A stretch of 64,000 nt of DNA from Actinobacteria bacterium UBA7524 (GTDB lineage Bacteria > Actinomycetota > Coriobacteriia > Anaerosomatales > UBA912): the NCBI GenBank assembly GCA_002478275.1, contig DLMY01000031.1, forward strand, positions 62,001 to 126,000, read 5' to 3'. Under the pieces are notes generated by a model. That model was not told the origin of the DNA. It was given only the letters and a program-made list of their open reading frames with translations, and searched no databases. A program made the position numbers and the translations under genes. Below, one piece after another: positions 43,127 to 52,988 of this stretch. How positions within the stretch are numbered: the first letter of the stretch is position 1; each line of letters begins with the position of its first letter.

Positions 43127-44536
43127 ATGCACATCAGAGCACCTAGGACGGACGTCCGCGTTCCGGCGCGGGTGTCGCGAGCTGTGGGCATGGCCATTCT
43201 TGGCCTTGCCCTTGTAGTGGTTGTGATCGCATCTCCCGCTCGTGCGTTCGCCGAGGAACCCGCCGGCGAAGTGCTCGTTCTCACGTTTCCACAGGTGCCG
43301 GATTCCTATCTCGGATGGCGCAGGTCTCCGACGTTCCTCACTGTGGTGCCGCTCTCCCCCGGCACGGTCTACTACACGTGGGACGATCCGTTCGGTGGCT
43401 GGCGACCACTGACAGGCCCGATCGTCGTACCTGAAGGCAAGCGGACGTTCATGACCCGGATCATGCGACCGGACGGTCGCCCCTCCGCCATAGAGCGTTT
43501 CGAGACACGTCTCGATTACCGTCTCGTCACGGCCAAGCCGAGGGTCTCTGCGCAGGCCGCCCCGTCGAGCACGAGTGTGAGGGTCACGGCTCGTATCAGG
43601 GCCCAGCCGGGTACGCGTATCCTGCGCATCGGTGGCGCGGACCGCTATGACACCTCCGCCCGCATCTCCGAAGCCAACTTCACCAGCGCACACACCGTCA
43701 TCGTCGCGACGGGCACGAACTATGCGGACGCGCTTTCGGCCTCCGGCCTCGCCGGCTGTCTCGATGCACCCGTGTTACTGACCCGCCCCACCAGGCTTTC
43801 CGGATACGCCGCCGAGGAGATACGTCGACTCCGCGCATCTCGGGCGATCGTCGTCGGCGGGGAGGCGGCGGTGAGCCGCGCAGTCGCGAGTGACCTCGTC
43901 GCTCTCGGGCTGGCCGTCGAACGCATCGGCGGCAGGGACCGCTACGAGACCGCGGCGTTCATCGGCAACCGGGTCATGACGTACGGCAATCCGGGTGGGC
44001 GTGTCTTCATTGCGAGAGGCGATGATTTCGCTGATGCGTTGTCCCTGGGGCCATTGGCTTACTCCTCGAACGCTCCACTCGTACTGGTCAGACCAGCGAC
44101 CGTGCCGCCTGCGACGCGCTCCTTCTTGGGCGCTCATAGTTTCTCCTCAGGCTGCATCGCGGGCGGTACGGTCGCGGTTTCAGAGGCGGTGGAGCGAGAG
44201 GTCGACCGTTATGTCGGGCAAGTGATCAGGCTGGCGGGCAATTCGCGCTACAGCACTTCGGTCGCGGTAGCGGCGTGGGCCGTAAGCGAGGGGATCGCTT
44301 CGTACGAGATGGTCGGCATCGCGACGGGTGTCGATTTCGCGGATGCCCTGTGCGGAGGAATCGCCGCAGGTGCGAACGGAGGGGTGATCCTGCTCACGCG
44401 GCCGGGAGATCTTCCGGCCGCCACAAGCGATGCCATGCAAGCGGTGATCCGTGACATCCGAGACGTCCAGGTATACGGTGGTGAGGTAGCCATACAGCCG
44501 GGGGTCATCAGCTCGATCTCTTCCATGGCGAGATGA
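43127..44536 (+). CDS. Secreted cell-wall-binding repeat 2 (CWB2) protein
   Basis: Signal peptide ending AFA; RIGGADRYDTS, NYADAL, DFADAL x2, PVLLT/VILLT. Confidence 0.9.
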   Translation: MHIRAPRTDVRVPARVSRAVGMAILGLALVVVVIASPARAFAEEPAGEVLVLTFPQVPDSYLGWRRSPTFLTVVPLSPGTVYYTWDDPFGGWRPLTGPIVVPEGKRTFMTRIMRPDGRPSAIERFETRLDYRLVTAKPRVSAQAAPSSTSVRVTARIRAQPGTRILRIGGADRYDTSARISEANFTSAHTVIVATGTNYADALSASGLAGCLDAPVLLTRPTRLSGYAAEEIRRLRASRAIVVGGEAAVSRAVASDLVALGLAVERIGGRDRYETAAFIGNRVMTYGNPGGRVFIARGDDFADALSLGPLAYSSNAPLVLVRPATVPPATRSFLGAHSFSSGCIAGGTVAVSEAVEREVDRYVGQVIRLAGNSRYSTSVAVAAWAVSEGIASYEMVGIATGVDFADALCGGIAAGANGGVILLTRPGDLPAATSDAMQAVIRDIRDVQVYGGEVAIQPGVISSISSMAR

Positions 44537-44559
44537 CGTCCAAGTCATGAGGAGTGCCG

Positions 44560-45258
44560 ATGGGGCAGGGTTTTCGCGTCGGCCTTTTGTCCAGCGAGCG
44601 CTGCGGTTCGGATATCCTTACCTGCCGTTTCGCGCGACCGGAGGCCTACGATTTCACGCCCGGTCAGCACGCGATGTTGACGCTCGCTACATCGGAGGGA
44701 CTGCAGGCGAAACCTTTCAGTCTTGCCGCGGCCCCGCATGATGACTACGTCGAATTCACCACACGATTGTCGGATTCAGCTTTCAAGCGTTCTCTTTCGG
44801 CACTCGAAGTCGGCGACGAGGCCACGATATCGGCTGCCAGGGGCCGCTTCGTCCTGCCTGAGGGTGTCCGCAGCGCGATCTTCCTCGCAGGTGGCATCGG
44901 GATCACTCCGATGCGAAGCATCCTCCGGGATGCTGTTCAGCGGAAGACCGGGATGAATGCCGTGCTGTTCTTCGGGAACCGGGACGAGACATGCATCCCG
45001 TACCGGGAGGAATTCGACGCGATGGAACCGCAAGGCGTCAAGGTGGTGCACGTCCTGGAGAGACCGCAGGAAGACTGGCCAGGACCCCGCGGTTACATCA
45101 CATCCGATCTCGTTCGCGAGATCGTGGACCCTGCCAAGTGGGAGCTTTTCGTCGTCGCAGGTCCGCCCGTGATGGTCGAGGTGATGCAGCGAATCCTGGA
45201 CGAACTCGAGGTGGATCCCGGTCGTCTGATGGTGGAACGGTTCAGCGGCTACGCGTGA
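44560..45258 (+). CDS. FNR-like FAD/NAD(P)-binding oxidoreductase
   Basis: FTPGQH, KPFSLA, LAGGIGITPMRS, VAGPP. Confidence 0.9.
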   Translation: MGQGFRVGLLSSERCGSDILTCRFARPEAYDFTPGQHAMLTLATSEGLQAKPFSLAAAPHDDYVEFTTRLSDSAFKRSLSALEVGDEATISAARGRFVLPEGVRSAIFLAGGIGITPMRSILRDAVQRKTGMNAVLFFGNRDETCIPYREEFDAMEPQGVKVVHVLERPQEDWPGPRGYITSDLVREIVDPAKWELFVVAGPPVMVEVMQRILDELEVDPGRLMVERFSGYA

Positions 45259-45372
45259 CCGATGTCACCGAGGGGTATGAAACGTGCAGAGACCTGGAGG
45301 AGTTCAGGTGTGCGTTCATGCCGGGGATCTGTCGGGACGTGTCGAGCCAGTCGTTGACGAGGGGAGTCAGAC

Positions 45373-45777
45373 ATGGAGCTGCTTGCCAGGACGTGTAACA
45401 CCGATCGGATGAACGTGCAGCGCCTGGCGGCCAGGTTGTTCGTGGCCGCGGGTGGGTTGTTCTGGGTCGCTGCCGCATTCGGCGCGAGCTTCTCGTATCA
45501 GGGCAAGAGTCTCGCCGAGAGCGCAGGCACGGCACTCATCCCGCTCGCCATCGCGGTCGTCGCGTTGGCTCTGGGCTGGATGTACGAGGTCCTCACGGCT
45601 GCGCTTCTGTTCGCGGGTACTGCAGGCGTCATCATCTGGGGAGTCACAGGTTCTTGGGAGGCGGGCGTGTGGATGATCAACGCCGCGGTTCTCATCGCGC
45701 CCATGGTATTGGCCGCGATCCTGTTCCTGCTGGCGGCGCGCATGCAGAACATCTGTCAGCTGGAAGAGCACTCGTAG
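45373..45777 (+). CDS. Hypothetical 4-TM membrane protein
   Basis: GGGGAG RBS; four hydrophobic helices. Confidence 0.75.
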   Translation: MELLARTCNTDRMNVQRLAARLFVAAGGLFWVAAAFGASFSYQGKSLAESAGTALIPLAIAVVALALGWMYEVLTAALLFAGTAGVIIWGVTGSWEAGVWMINAAVLIAPMVLAAILFLLAARMQNICQLEEHS

Positions 45778-45842
45778 CAGCGCGGAGAGTGCATTTGAGG
45801 CTCGTGCGGGTGGCTCGAGACCAAGAGGTCGGCGAGAACGGC

Positions 45843-46271
45843 CTACTCGGGCTCGTCAGCTTCCACGAGGGTGATCATGAAGGTCAGCGGTTGTCCAGCC
45901 AGCGGGTGGTTGAAGTCGAGCTTGACCATCTCTTCGCCGACTTCGATCACCGAGGCGGCAAGCTCCTGCTTGTCGGGGCCGATGAGACGTACTACCATGC
46001 CGACCTCCGGGGTCTCCCAGAACTGCGAGAGGGGCACTTCTTGCACCGCCTCATCGATTCGGGGGCCGTACGCTTCTTCTGCGTCGAGAGTGACCATGGC
46101 GCTGCTTCCGACATCCAGGCTGCAGACGGCTTCCTCGAAGCCTGCGATCACCTGCTGTTCGCCCACGGTGAACTCAAGGGGCTCGCGCCCTTCGCTCGAG
46201 TCGAATTCGGTCCCGTCCTCAAGAGTGCCACGGTAGTGGACGCGGACTGTCGTGCCGTGCGGAAGTGCCAT
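45843..46271 (-). CDS. FKBP-type peptidyl-prolyl isomerase (SlyD/FkpB-like, no His-rich tail)
   Basis: VHYRGTLEDGTEFDSS, EEAYG, LDFNHPLAG. Confidence 0.95.
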   Translation of the reverse strand: MALPHGTTVRVHYRGTLEDGTEFDSSEGREPLEFTVGEQQVIAGFEEAVCSLDVGSSAMVTLDAEEAYGPRIDEAVQEVPLSQFWETPEVGMVVRLIGPDKQELAASVIEVGEEMVKLDFNHPLAGQPLTFMITLVEADEPE

Positions 46272-46571
46272 AGCGGATCCCTCATCTCTGCCGGTGACTC
46301 GGATGCGATATGCCTCACAACCCTACATCAATCAGCTGAGCTGTCTACTCATACGGGTCGGGAGGTTAGATCATGACCGCTTGTATCGCCGTCCGCGCAA
46401 GAGAAGTACCGTTCAGGACCGAATCGAGCCCGTCGGTCGTGGGTGGCTGGAATTTGTTCGGTCATAAGCTAAACTCTAGGCGCTTCGAATGACGATAATC
46501 ATGCCAGGGGCATCGAGACCCTTGCCTACCGTTGCTTCGGCGGTAGCCCATCAGACACAGGGACGGCACTA

Positions 46572-46928
46572 GTGTATGACCTCGAAGGGGTTCTCGGACC
46601 CTCGGTCATGGAGTTCGTGGAACGCCACGTCAGGTCTCTACTGACGTGGGACATCCTTGTGTTCTTCCACCGCAACCCGGACGCCGTCCTCGATGTCAAT
46701 GGGCTGGCGTCTCGCTTGGGTCGTCGTATAGAGGAGCTCGAACCGGAGATCGAGGCTCTCTGCGCTGGGCGGATACTCCAGTGTGCCGGGGGGTTGATAC
46801 GCTACAAGCCGACTCCCGAACTACGGGAGACGATCGGTGGGTTTGTCGAGGCATGCCAGGACCGAGGACGCCGGTTGGCGTTGATCGCGCTGGTGTTGCA
46901 CAAGATCAACCCGCAACAACCAGCCTAG
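46572..46928 (+). CDS. Hypothetical winged-helix-like protein
   Basis: ILVFFHRNP...LASRLGRRIEELEPEIEALCAGRIL...YKP helix-turn-helix/wing pattern; converges on HD-GYP gene with overlapping stops. Confidence 0.7.
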   Translation: MYDLEGVLGPSVMEFVERHVRSLLTWDILVFFHRNPDAVLDVNGLASRLGRRIEELEPEIEALCAGRILQCAGGLIRYKPTPELRETIGGFVEACQDRGRRLALIALVLHKINPQQPA

Positions 46929-48241
46929 AGGTGTTCTGACACCGAGACTGCGAGACTCGCCGGGTCGACCACTTCAACGATAGGCAGATCGTGTTCGGCC
47001 GTGTCGATCTCGTAGGGTTCTTCGAGAGGCAGGCCACCCTGGTCGTAGACGATGCGCACGATCGGCCTCAAGGACTCCTCCCCGGGCCGGCTCACGACGC
47101 CAACGGACTGGTCGGAGAGACGCACCAGGCACCCGACGGGAAACACGCCCATCGCCTTGGCGAACAGTCGCGCGAACATGGGATCGAGAGCCGTGCCCGA
47201 CTCTCTGAGTACCTGGAGTATGGCCTTGTCGGGGGTCATGGCTTCCCGCTCTGCGGTCTCCGTCGTGAGGTTGGTGTAGCGATCGGCTATCGCGACCATC
47301 CTGCTGAATGGGTGTCCCACGTAGTCCCCGGGGTGCTCGGGGAATCCCCCACCGTCCACGTGCATATGGTGTTCGTACGCCACGAGCATGGGCGAGGGGT
47401 CCTCGTCCGAGTGCCTCGCGAGCAACTCGGCGCCGATCTGTGGATGCATCCTTCTCATCGGCTCCGCCTGGGCCGGATCGTCGGTCTTGAAGGCGGCCTT
47501 GCCGATGTCGTGCATCAGCGCCGCGAGACCGAGAGAGGTCAGCCCTTCCTCAGGCAGACCCAGCGCGCTTCCGAGCGTCATCGAGTAGATCATCACGTTG
47601 ATCGAATGGAAGAGATGCGCTTCGTTCATCCCGCGCATGGTCGCAAGGCCGAGCACTGAAGCCTGGTCCTCCAGCATCCGCTGCATGATGTTGTCGACCA
47701 TCTCGCCGGCGGCGGCCGTGTCGGGCCGGCCGCTCTGGGCGATCTGGGCCGACATGGCCTTGAGCACGGCAACGAGTCTGTTGTACAGAGCTCTGTCCTG
47801 CTCGCGTTTGCGGTCCCGCTCCTCTCGTTCCTCCCGCTCTTCGTCGAGCAGGAACGAGACCGTGACTGCAGTGACGCCCCGTCGCTGCAGCTCGGCCTCG
47901 ACGTCGAGTTCCGGGGAGGGGCGCAGACCCAGGACCTCTACCAACCCAGTGGCGTCCGTTCGGCTGAAGTGCGCCTGGAGCGTGAGACTCTCGACCTTTC
48001 TTGATTCCAGCGCTTCGGCGATGGCTGCGCAGCCGGGGTTATCGTCGGGTATGACGCTGCTCGCGTGATACAGATGACCTTGATGCAGGTTGAGGGTGAT
48101 CGGTCCTGAGGCGGTTGCGGCAGACACAGCTGTGACCAACGCATCGATCGCTTCGATGAACGCGGGGTGCGTGGGCGGATACAGTTGTGAGGCCTTGCGA
48201 CCGGAGGCCAATGAGGTGATGACGCTTGCGGCTGCCTTCAC
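46925..48241 (-). CDS. HD-GYP-family protein (degenerate GFP variant)
   Basis: HSINV, MHDIGK, HPQIG, EHHMHVDGGGFP, VAIAD, GTALDP, GVFPVGCLVRL. Confidence 0.85.
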   Translation of the reverse strand: MKAAASVITSLASGRKASQLYPPTHPAFIEAIDALVTAVSAATASGPITLNLHQGHLYHASSVIPDDNPGCAAIAEALESRKVESLTLQAHFSRTDATGLVEVLGLRPSPELDVEAELQRRGVTAVTVSFLLDEEREEREERDRKREQDRALYNRLVAVLKAMSAQIAQSGRPDTAAAGEMVDNIMQRMLEDQASVLGLATMRGMNEAHLFHSINVMIYSMTLGSALGLPEEGLTSLGLAALMHDIGKAAFKTDDPAQAEPMRRMHPQIGAELLARHSDEDPSPMLVAYEHHMHVDGGGFPEHPGDYVGHPFSRMVAIADRYTNLTTETAEREAMTPDKAILQVLRESGTALDPMFARLFAKAMGVFPVGCLVRLSDQSVGVVSRPGEESLRPIVRIVYDQGGLPLEEPYEIDTAEHDLPIVEVVDPASLAVSVSEHL

Positions 48242-50238
48242 CGTGCACCTCCTTGTCCGGACTGAAGTGCGATGGCCTGGCGCACGAGCTCCTGGACTTC
48301 TGCGTGGTGGCCGCGCTTGATCAGCGCCTTGCGTTCGGAAAGCCGCTTGAGTGCATCGGTGGCCTCCGGCTCGGTTCTCCGGGCCAGCGCGCCGATCAGT
48401 TCGCGCGCGAGCAGGAAGTCCTTCGAGTCGACATCGATCTCACCAAGCCGCTTGGCAAGAAGGGCGGCTGCGCTGGGTGATGCGCTGCGTCCCAGCGCGC
48501 GAGTCGCGATGATGGCCACCTCCGTGTTGCCATCGCTGATCATCTCGCCGAGGAGTGACGTGCCCGCTTCTGTGTTCGCGGCAGCAAGCCCTTGCGCGAC
48601 TTCACGGCGGGACTGTTCGTCCTGTCGGCTCAGCAGGGCCTTCGCGAGCTGCATGGAGCGGGTGTCTCCCTCGCGAGCGAGGCGCTCCGCGATTGGAGCG
48701 AGCTGGAACCACTGCGCCTTCGCGGACGCGACTATCAGAAGATCCAGGACGTGGCGGCCGATGACGGCTTCCGCGGCGGCAAGCCCGGGTTGTTTGAGAG
48801 AGATGCCTTCTGAGACCATCGTCGCCGCGGCGGTGTCGCCCGCCAGAGCCATGATCTCCTTGGCTAGCGGTACCAGACTCTCGTCTTCCGCGACGGCCGT
48901 GACGATGGCCCTGATGGACCGGGGGGACAGGGCTTTCGCGATGGCCTCGCGCAGCCGTCCGGTCAGTTCGGGCCAGGGCTGTGAGGTGCGCGCTTCCCGG
49001 ACGGAGAGCTCTCTCAGAACCCGAAGCGCCAGCTCGAGGTTCCCTTCTTCGATCAGTCTGGGAACGAGTCCCGCAAGTCCATCGACACTCTCACAGTACA
49101 GTTCGAAATCGCGTTGCTGGTCGAGTAGGGTGAGCATGGTGGTGACGCCCGAGGTGGCTGCGTTTCGGGTCGAAGCCTCGGTCTGCTCGCGTAGCTGGAC
49201 GATCTCATCGGCCTCCATCTTGGCGACTTCAGCGACGTTGACGTAGCTGCTGTCGGCGTCGATGAGCGCGGGTTCCGGCTCGGTGCGGCGGCGCACCTCC
49301 ATCATGTGTTCGAGGAACGCGCCCTCTTTGTCCGTGTGTCCCCCTTCGGCGAGCATCGCCTGTACCTCTGCGTACACCCGGTCGATGCGCTCCTGCAGGG
49401 GGAGGTTGGAAAGTGCATGGGACACGGAAAGGACGTTCTGGCCGTAGGCCCCCTCGGTCACGGCCCCCGCGATCGATGAGTCGCCCAGGAAACCGAACAT
49501 GCCTTCGGCGAGGTCCCGGACCCCGCCCGGCTCCAGAGAAAGGCCTATCAAGGCGTCCTTGGCGTCGGGCTCCTGGGCCTCGAAGGCCGCGGCGAGCGTC
49601 TCCTGGAGTCGTTTGATGCCCTCGGGCCCGGCGACGTCCGTAAGTTCGCCGAGACCCTCGGCGAACGCCGCGGGGTCTCCGGCCGCAGCCGCCGCCATCC
49701 AGGTCGAAAGGCGATCTGCATCACCCGCGAGTTCTCGCAGGAATTCATCCACGTCTTCATCGGGAGCCGGGCCGACGTCTTCGGCCACAGTGAGCTGGAC
49801 CTCCACGGCGCGTATGCCCTCAACGCCCGCCGAGGCGAGAGCTGCTCCCAGGCCACCCGTCGTGCTCAACTCGTCAGGTTCGCGTGCGAGGATCTCCAGG
49901 AACGAGATGAGTTCCTCGGCGGAGCAGCCGGGCATGAACGCGATCTCGGCGATGTCATGATCGCGCAGAGCGTCGGCCAGGTCGGCGATGCCCGGGACGC
50001 CGGAGGCAACAGGTTGTCCTCGCCAGGTGAGTCCTCCACGGGCGATCGAGAGGGACAGCATGTTTTCCGCTGCGAGGAACTCGTCGAGCGAGGCCGTCGC
50101 CGCAGTGATCGATTGCCGGGGGATGGGACTGGTCGGCGGATACAGTTTGAGCGCTTTGGCGGCAGCCGCTATCCCTCGCACGACGTCATCGAGGTTGCGT
50201 TGTGCAAGGTTATCGGCAGGGTTGTCGGCCACGCGCAC
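48238..50238 (-). CDS. HEAT-repeat protein with N-terminal 'LYP' domain
   Basis: C-terminal HEAT/PBS-like repeats (RREVAQGLA, IATRALGR, LIGALAR); GTGA overlap with HD-GYP gene. Confidence 0.8.
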   Translation of the reverse strand: MRVADNPADNLAQRNLDDVVRGIAAAAKALKLYPPTSPIPRQSITAATASLDEFLAAENMLSLSIARGGLTWRGQPVASGVPGIADLADALRDHDIAEIAFMPGCSAEELISFLEILAREPDELSTTGGLGAALASAGVEGIRAVEVQLTVAEDVGPAPDEDVDEFLRELAGDADRLSTWMAAAAAGDPAAFAEGLGELTDVAGPEGIKRLQETLAAAFEAQEPDAKDALIGLSLEPGGVRDLAEGMFGFLGDSSIAGAVTEGAYGQNVLSVSHALSNLPLQERIDRVYAEVQAMLAEGGHTDKEGAFLEHMMEVRRRTEPEPALIDADSSYVNVAEVAKMEADEIVQLREQTEASTRNAATSGVTTMLTLLDQQRDFELYCESVDGLAGLVPRLIEEGNLELALRVLRELSVREARTSQPWPELTGRLREAIAKALSPRSIRAIVTAVAEDESLVPLAKEIMALAGDTAAATMVSEGISLKQPGLAAAEAVIGRHVLDLLIVASAKAQWFQLAPIAERLAREGDTRSMQLAKALLSRQDEQSRREVAQGLAAANTEAGTSLLGEMISDGNTEVAIIATRALGRSASPSAAALLAKRLGEIDVDSKDFLLARELIGALARRTEPEATDALKRLSERKALIKRGHHAEVQELVRQAIALQSGQGGAR

Positions 50239-50373
50239 CCCCGTATCAACGCTCGCGGTCTTCGGTGATGATTGTCTAGTAATCGGTCAGACTCGTCCAA
50301 TACTGCAGCCCGGATCGCCCCGGCGCTGCGGGCAAGACCTCCCTTACCTGAGCGATCAAGGGCTTCAGATAGG

Positions 50374-50401
50374 TTATCGGCCGCCACTTACTGGTAATGT
50401 A
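50374..50401 (-). promoter_or_regulatory. sigma28/WhiG-type promoter facing the HEAT/HD-GYP operon
   Basis: Minus strand TACA-N16-GCCGATAA (perfect sigma28 -10). Confidence 0.5.
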
Positions 50402-50407
50402 TGGCCC

Positions 50408-51718
50408 ATGAGCGACTACGCGTTCGAGATCGCCTTCATCTTCGGCCTTGTTGTGCTCAACGGGTACTTCGCCGCGGCTGAGATCGCGCTCATCAGTGCG
50501 CGAAGAGCGGTGTTGGTTCAGAAGGCGGAGGCCGGTTCCAAGGGCGCACGCGTCGCCATCGGCCTCCTGGAAGATCCCTCCAGACTTCTGGCGACGATAC
50601 AGATCGGAATCACGCTGGTCGGCTTTCTCGCTTCGGCAACGGCGGCCGTCAGTCTGTCTCAGCCGCTTGCCGAGTGGCTCCGGACCGCCGGGTTCGGCCC
50701 GGTGAGTAGGGCCGCCTCTGCGGTAGCGCTCTTCGTGGTGACTCTGGCCATCGCATACTTCACGCTCGTGTTCGGCGAGTTGGCCCCTAAGAGGCTGGGC
50801 TTACAGAGGTCCGAGGGTGTGGCGACTGCCGTGGCTCGTCCGGTGGCAGTGCTGGCCGCGTTGGTTTCGCCCGTCGTGTGGCTGCTCGCTCGCTCGACCG
50901 ACGTCGCGGCGTTGTTGCTGGGGGTCAAACCGGGCCAGGGCAGACCGGGTGTCTCCGAGGAGGAGATCAAACTCCTGGTCACCGAGCAGGGTACGCTTCT
51001 CGAAGAGGAGAAGCGAATGATCCATGAGATCTTCGAGCTCGGGGACACCGTGGCCCGCGAGATCATGGTTCCCCGCGTCGATATGGTCTTGGTCGACGAC
51101 GAGACGACCGTGCGGGAAGCATTGGCGATCTTCAGAAGGTCGGGCTTCTCCCGTTTGCCGGTTCACAGCGCAAGCCCCGACAAGATCGTCGGTATCGTGT
51201 TGCTCAAGGACCTGGTGGAGCCTGCGGCAAGAGGCGAGCTCGACCAGGCGGTCTCCGCCTACGTTCGTCAACCGGTCTTCGTCCCCGAGACCAAGGGAAT
51301 CCTGGCGTTGCTCTCGGACATGCAGGCGTTGCGCAACCACATGGCGATCGTGATTGACGAGCATGGCGGGACGGCCGGCCTCGTCACCATCGAGGACATC
51401 GTCGAGGAGATCATCGGCGAGGTGGTCGATGAGTTCGATCGCGATCACCGCTACATCACGACCGTAGCGCCCGGCCGCTGGGTGGTCGACGGTCGTTTGC
51501 CGGTCGAGGATGCCGAGGAGATGGGACTTCCTGTCGACGAATCCGATGAGTACGAGACGATCGCAGGCTGGCTTCTCTACAGATTCGGGCATATACCCGT
51601 GGTGGGTGAGATCGTGGACACCGGCGGTGTGCGTTTCACGGTCCAGGCGGTGAGACGCCGCCGCATCTCCAGGGTCTTCGTCGAGCGCTATCGAGAAGAC
51701 GACGGAAGGGGCGCATGA
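50408..51718 (+). CDS. Hemolysin family (CNNM/DUF21-CBS-CorC) protein
   Basis: NGYFAAAEIAL, ATIQIGIT, FGELAPK, REIMVPR, IDEHGGTAGLVTIEDIVEEIIGE; TAATGT seven nt before ATG 50408. Confidence 0.95.
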   Translation: MSDYAFEIAFIFGLVVLNGYFAAAEIALISARRAVLVQKAEAGSKGARVAIGLLEDPSRLLATIQIGITLVGFLASATAAVSLSQPLAEWLRTAGFGPVSRAASAVALFVVTLAIAYFTLVFGELAPKRLGLQRSEGVATAVARPVAVLAALVSPVVWLLARSTDVAALLLGVKPGQGRPGVSEEEIKLLVTEQGTLLEEEKRMIHEIFELGDTVAREIMVPRVDMVLVDDETTVREALAIFRRSGFSRLPVHSASPDKIVGIVLLKDLVEPAARGELDQAVSAYVRQPVFVPETKGILALLSDMQALRNHMAIVIDEHGGTAGLVTIEDIVEEIIGEVVDEFDRDHRYITTVAPGRWVVDGRLPVEDAEEMGLPVDESDEYETIAGWLLYRFGHIPVVGEIVDTGGVRFTVQAVRRRRISRVFVERYREDDGRGA

Positions 51719-52941
51719 TGAGCGATAGGGAAGACGTGACGATGACACCGGATTCTCCGCCTCCGCCTCCGCCCGGATACACGCCTGGTCCCCCGCCGCC
51801 TCCGGCCGGGGCTCCCGTGGCGACGGATTCGGGAGGTTCGCGGCGCGGTGGAGGTGCGGTCTGGCTCGGCGTCGTACTGGTCGCTGTCGGCGGACTCATG
51901 CTGGCGCGCCTGCTGTTGCCGGGCTTCGGCCTGTCTGGCGCCTGGCCGGTGGGCATCGTCGCGCTCGTGGTGATGCTGCTTGGTGTCAAACAGATGCTCA
52001 CTCCGGGCAAGGAAGGCGAATATCGCCTCAATCGCGTGATCGAGGGACTGACGACCATCTCCATCGGAGTCATCCTGCTCGCGCAATCGGTCGGTGCGCT
52101 GAGGTGGGACGCATGGCTCTCGGTTCTGTCCTTGTGGCCGCTGCTGCTGGTGGCGATCGGAATCGATCTGATCGGGAAAGGGACGGGCACCGGGCTACTG
52201 CGAGTGGCGTCCAGTGCGATCGTTCTGGCAGGGCTCTTGTACGGCGCGTTCGTGTTGCCGGGTGCCGGATCGCTGTGGCGGGGCGGCTGGGGCATGTATG
52301 GCATGCACGGTCGAGCCGGACAGGAGTTCGAACGCTCCGCTCCTCCCGCCCGCGGTATCACTCAGGGAAGGGCGAGCGTCGAAGGTGCAGTCGGAGAGCT
52401 CACCGTCGCCGACGGTGATGACCTGGCCGCAGCGTCAGGGCGCACGCCCTTCGGCGAACCTGTGTTTCAGGTCGACACGAGTGGCCGCCGTGCTGATGTC
52501 GAGATATCGATGGGTGATCGGGGGGTGTCGTTCTGGCCCGGCCCCGACGCCTTCATGGACGTGGAACTGTCACGCGACGTGGAGTGGGACCTGGTGATCG
52601 ACTCGGGCGTGAGCAAGCTGGAGGCCGATCTCTCCGCTTTGCAGCTGTCGGCGCTCAAAGTCTCCGCGGGTGTGACAGATGCGAGAGTGACGCTCGGGTC
52701 CGATCTCGAGGGCGAGGTGCCGGTGGCGATCGAAGCCGGTGTGTCCTCGATAGTCGTGCGCGTGCCCCGGAGCGTCGAGGCGAGGGTAGTTGCCGAGACG
52801 GGGCTCTCCAACGTGTCCGTGGGAGAAGGGTTCGATAGTGTCGATGGCGGGCGGCAGACCAGCGGCTATGGTCGTGCCCGCGACCGATACGTGATCAGCG
52901 TGAAGAGCGGCATCACTGACGTGAAGATAGAATTGTACTGA
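51715..52941 (+). CDS. LiaF/DUF5668-like membrane protein with C-terminal beta-rich domain
   Basis: Pro-rich N-terminus, TM hairpins with LWPLLLVAIGIDLI, C-terminal (S/A)GV repeats. Confidence 0.7.
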   Translation: MMSDREDVTMTPDSPPPPPPGYTPGPPPPPAGAPVATDSGGSRRGGGAVWLGVVLVAVGGLMLARLLLPGFGLSGAWPVGIVALVVMLLGVKQMLTPGKEGEYRLNRVIEGLTTISIGVILLAQSVGALRWDAWLSVLSLWPLLLVAIGIDLIGKGTGTGLLRVASSAIVLAGLLYGAFVLPGAGSLWRGGWGMYGMHGRAGQEFERSAPPARGITQGRASVEGAVGELTVADGDDLAAASGRTPFGEPVFQVDTSGRRADVEISMGDRGVSFWPGPDAFMDVELSRDVEWDLVIDSGVSKLEADLSALQLSALKVSAGVTDARVTLGSDLEGEVPVAIEAGVSSIVVRVPRSVEARVVAETGLSNVSVGEGFDSVDGGRQTSGYGRARDRYVISVKSGITDVKIELY

Positions 52942-52988
52942 GACGAGCCGGCGGCCTCGATGCCGCCCGACGATCCACGGAGGCGAGG

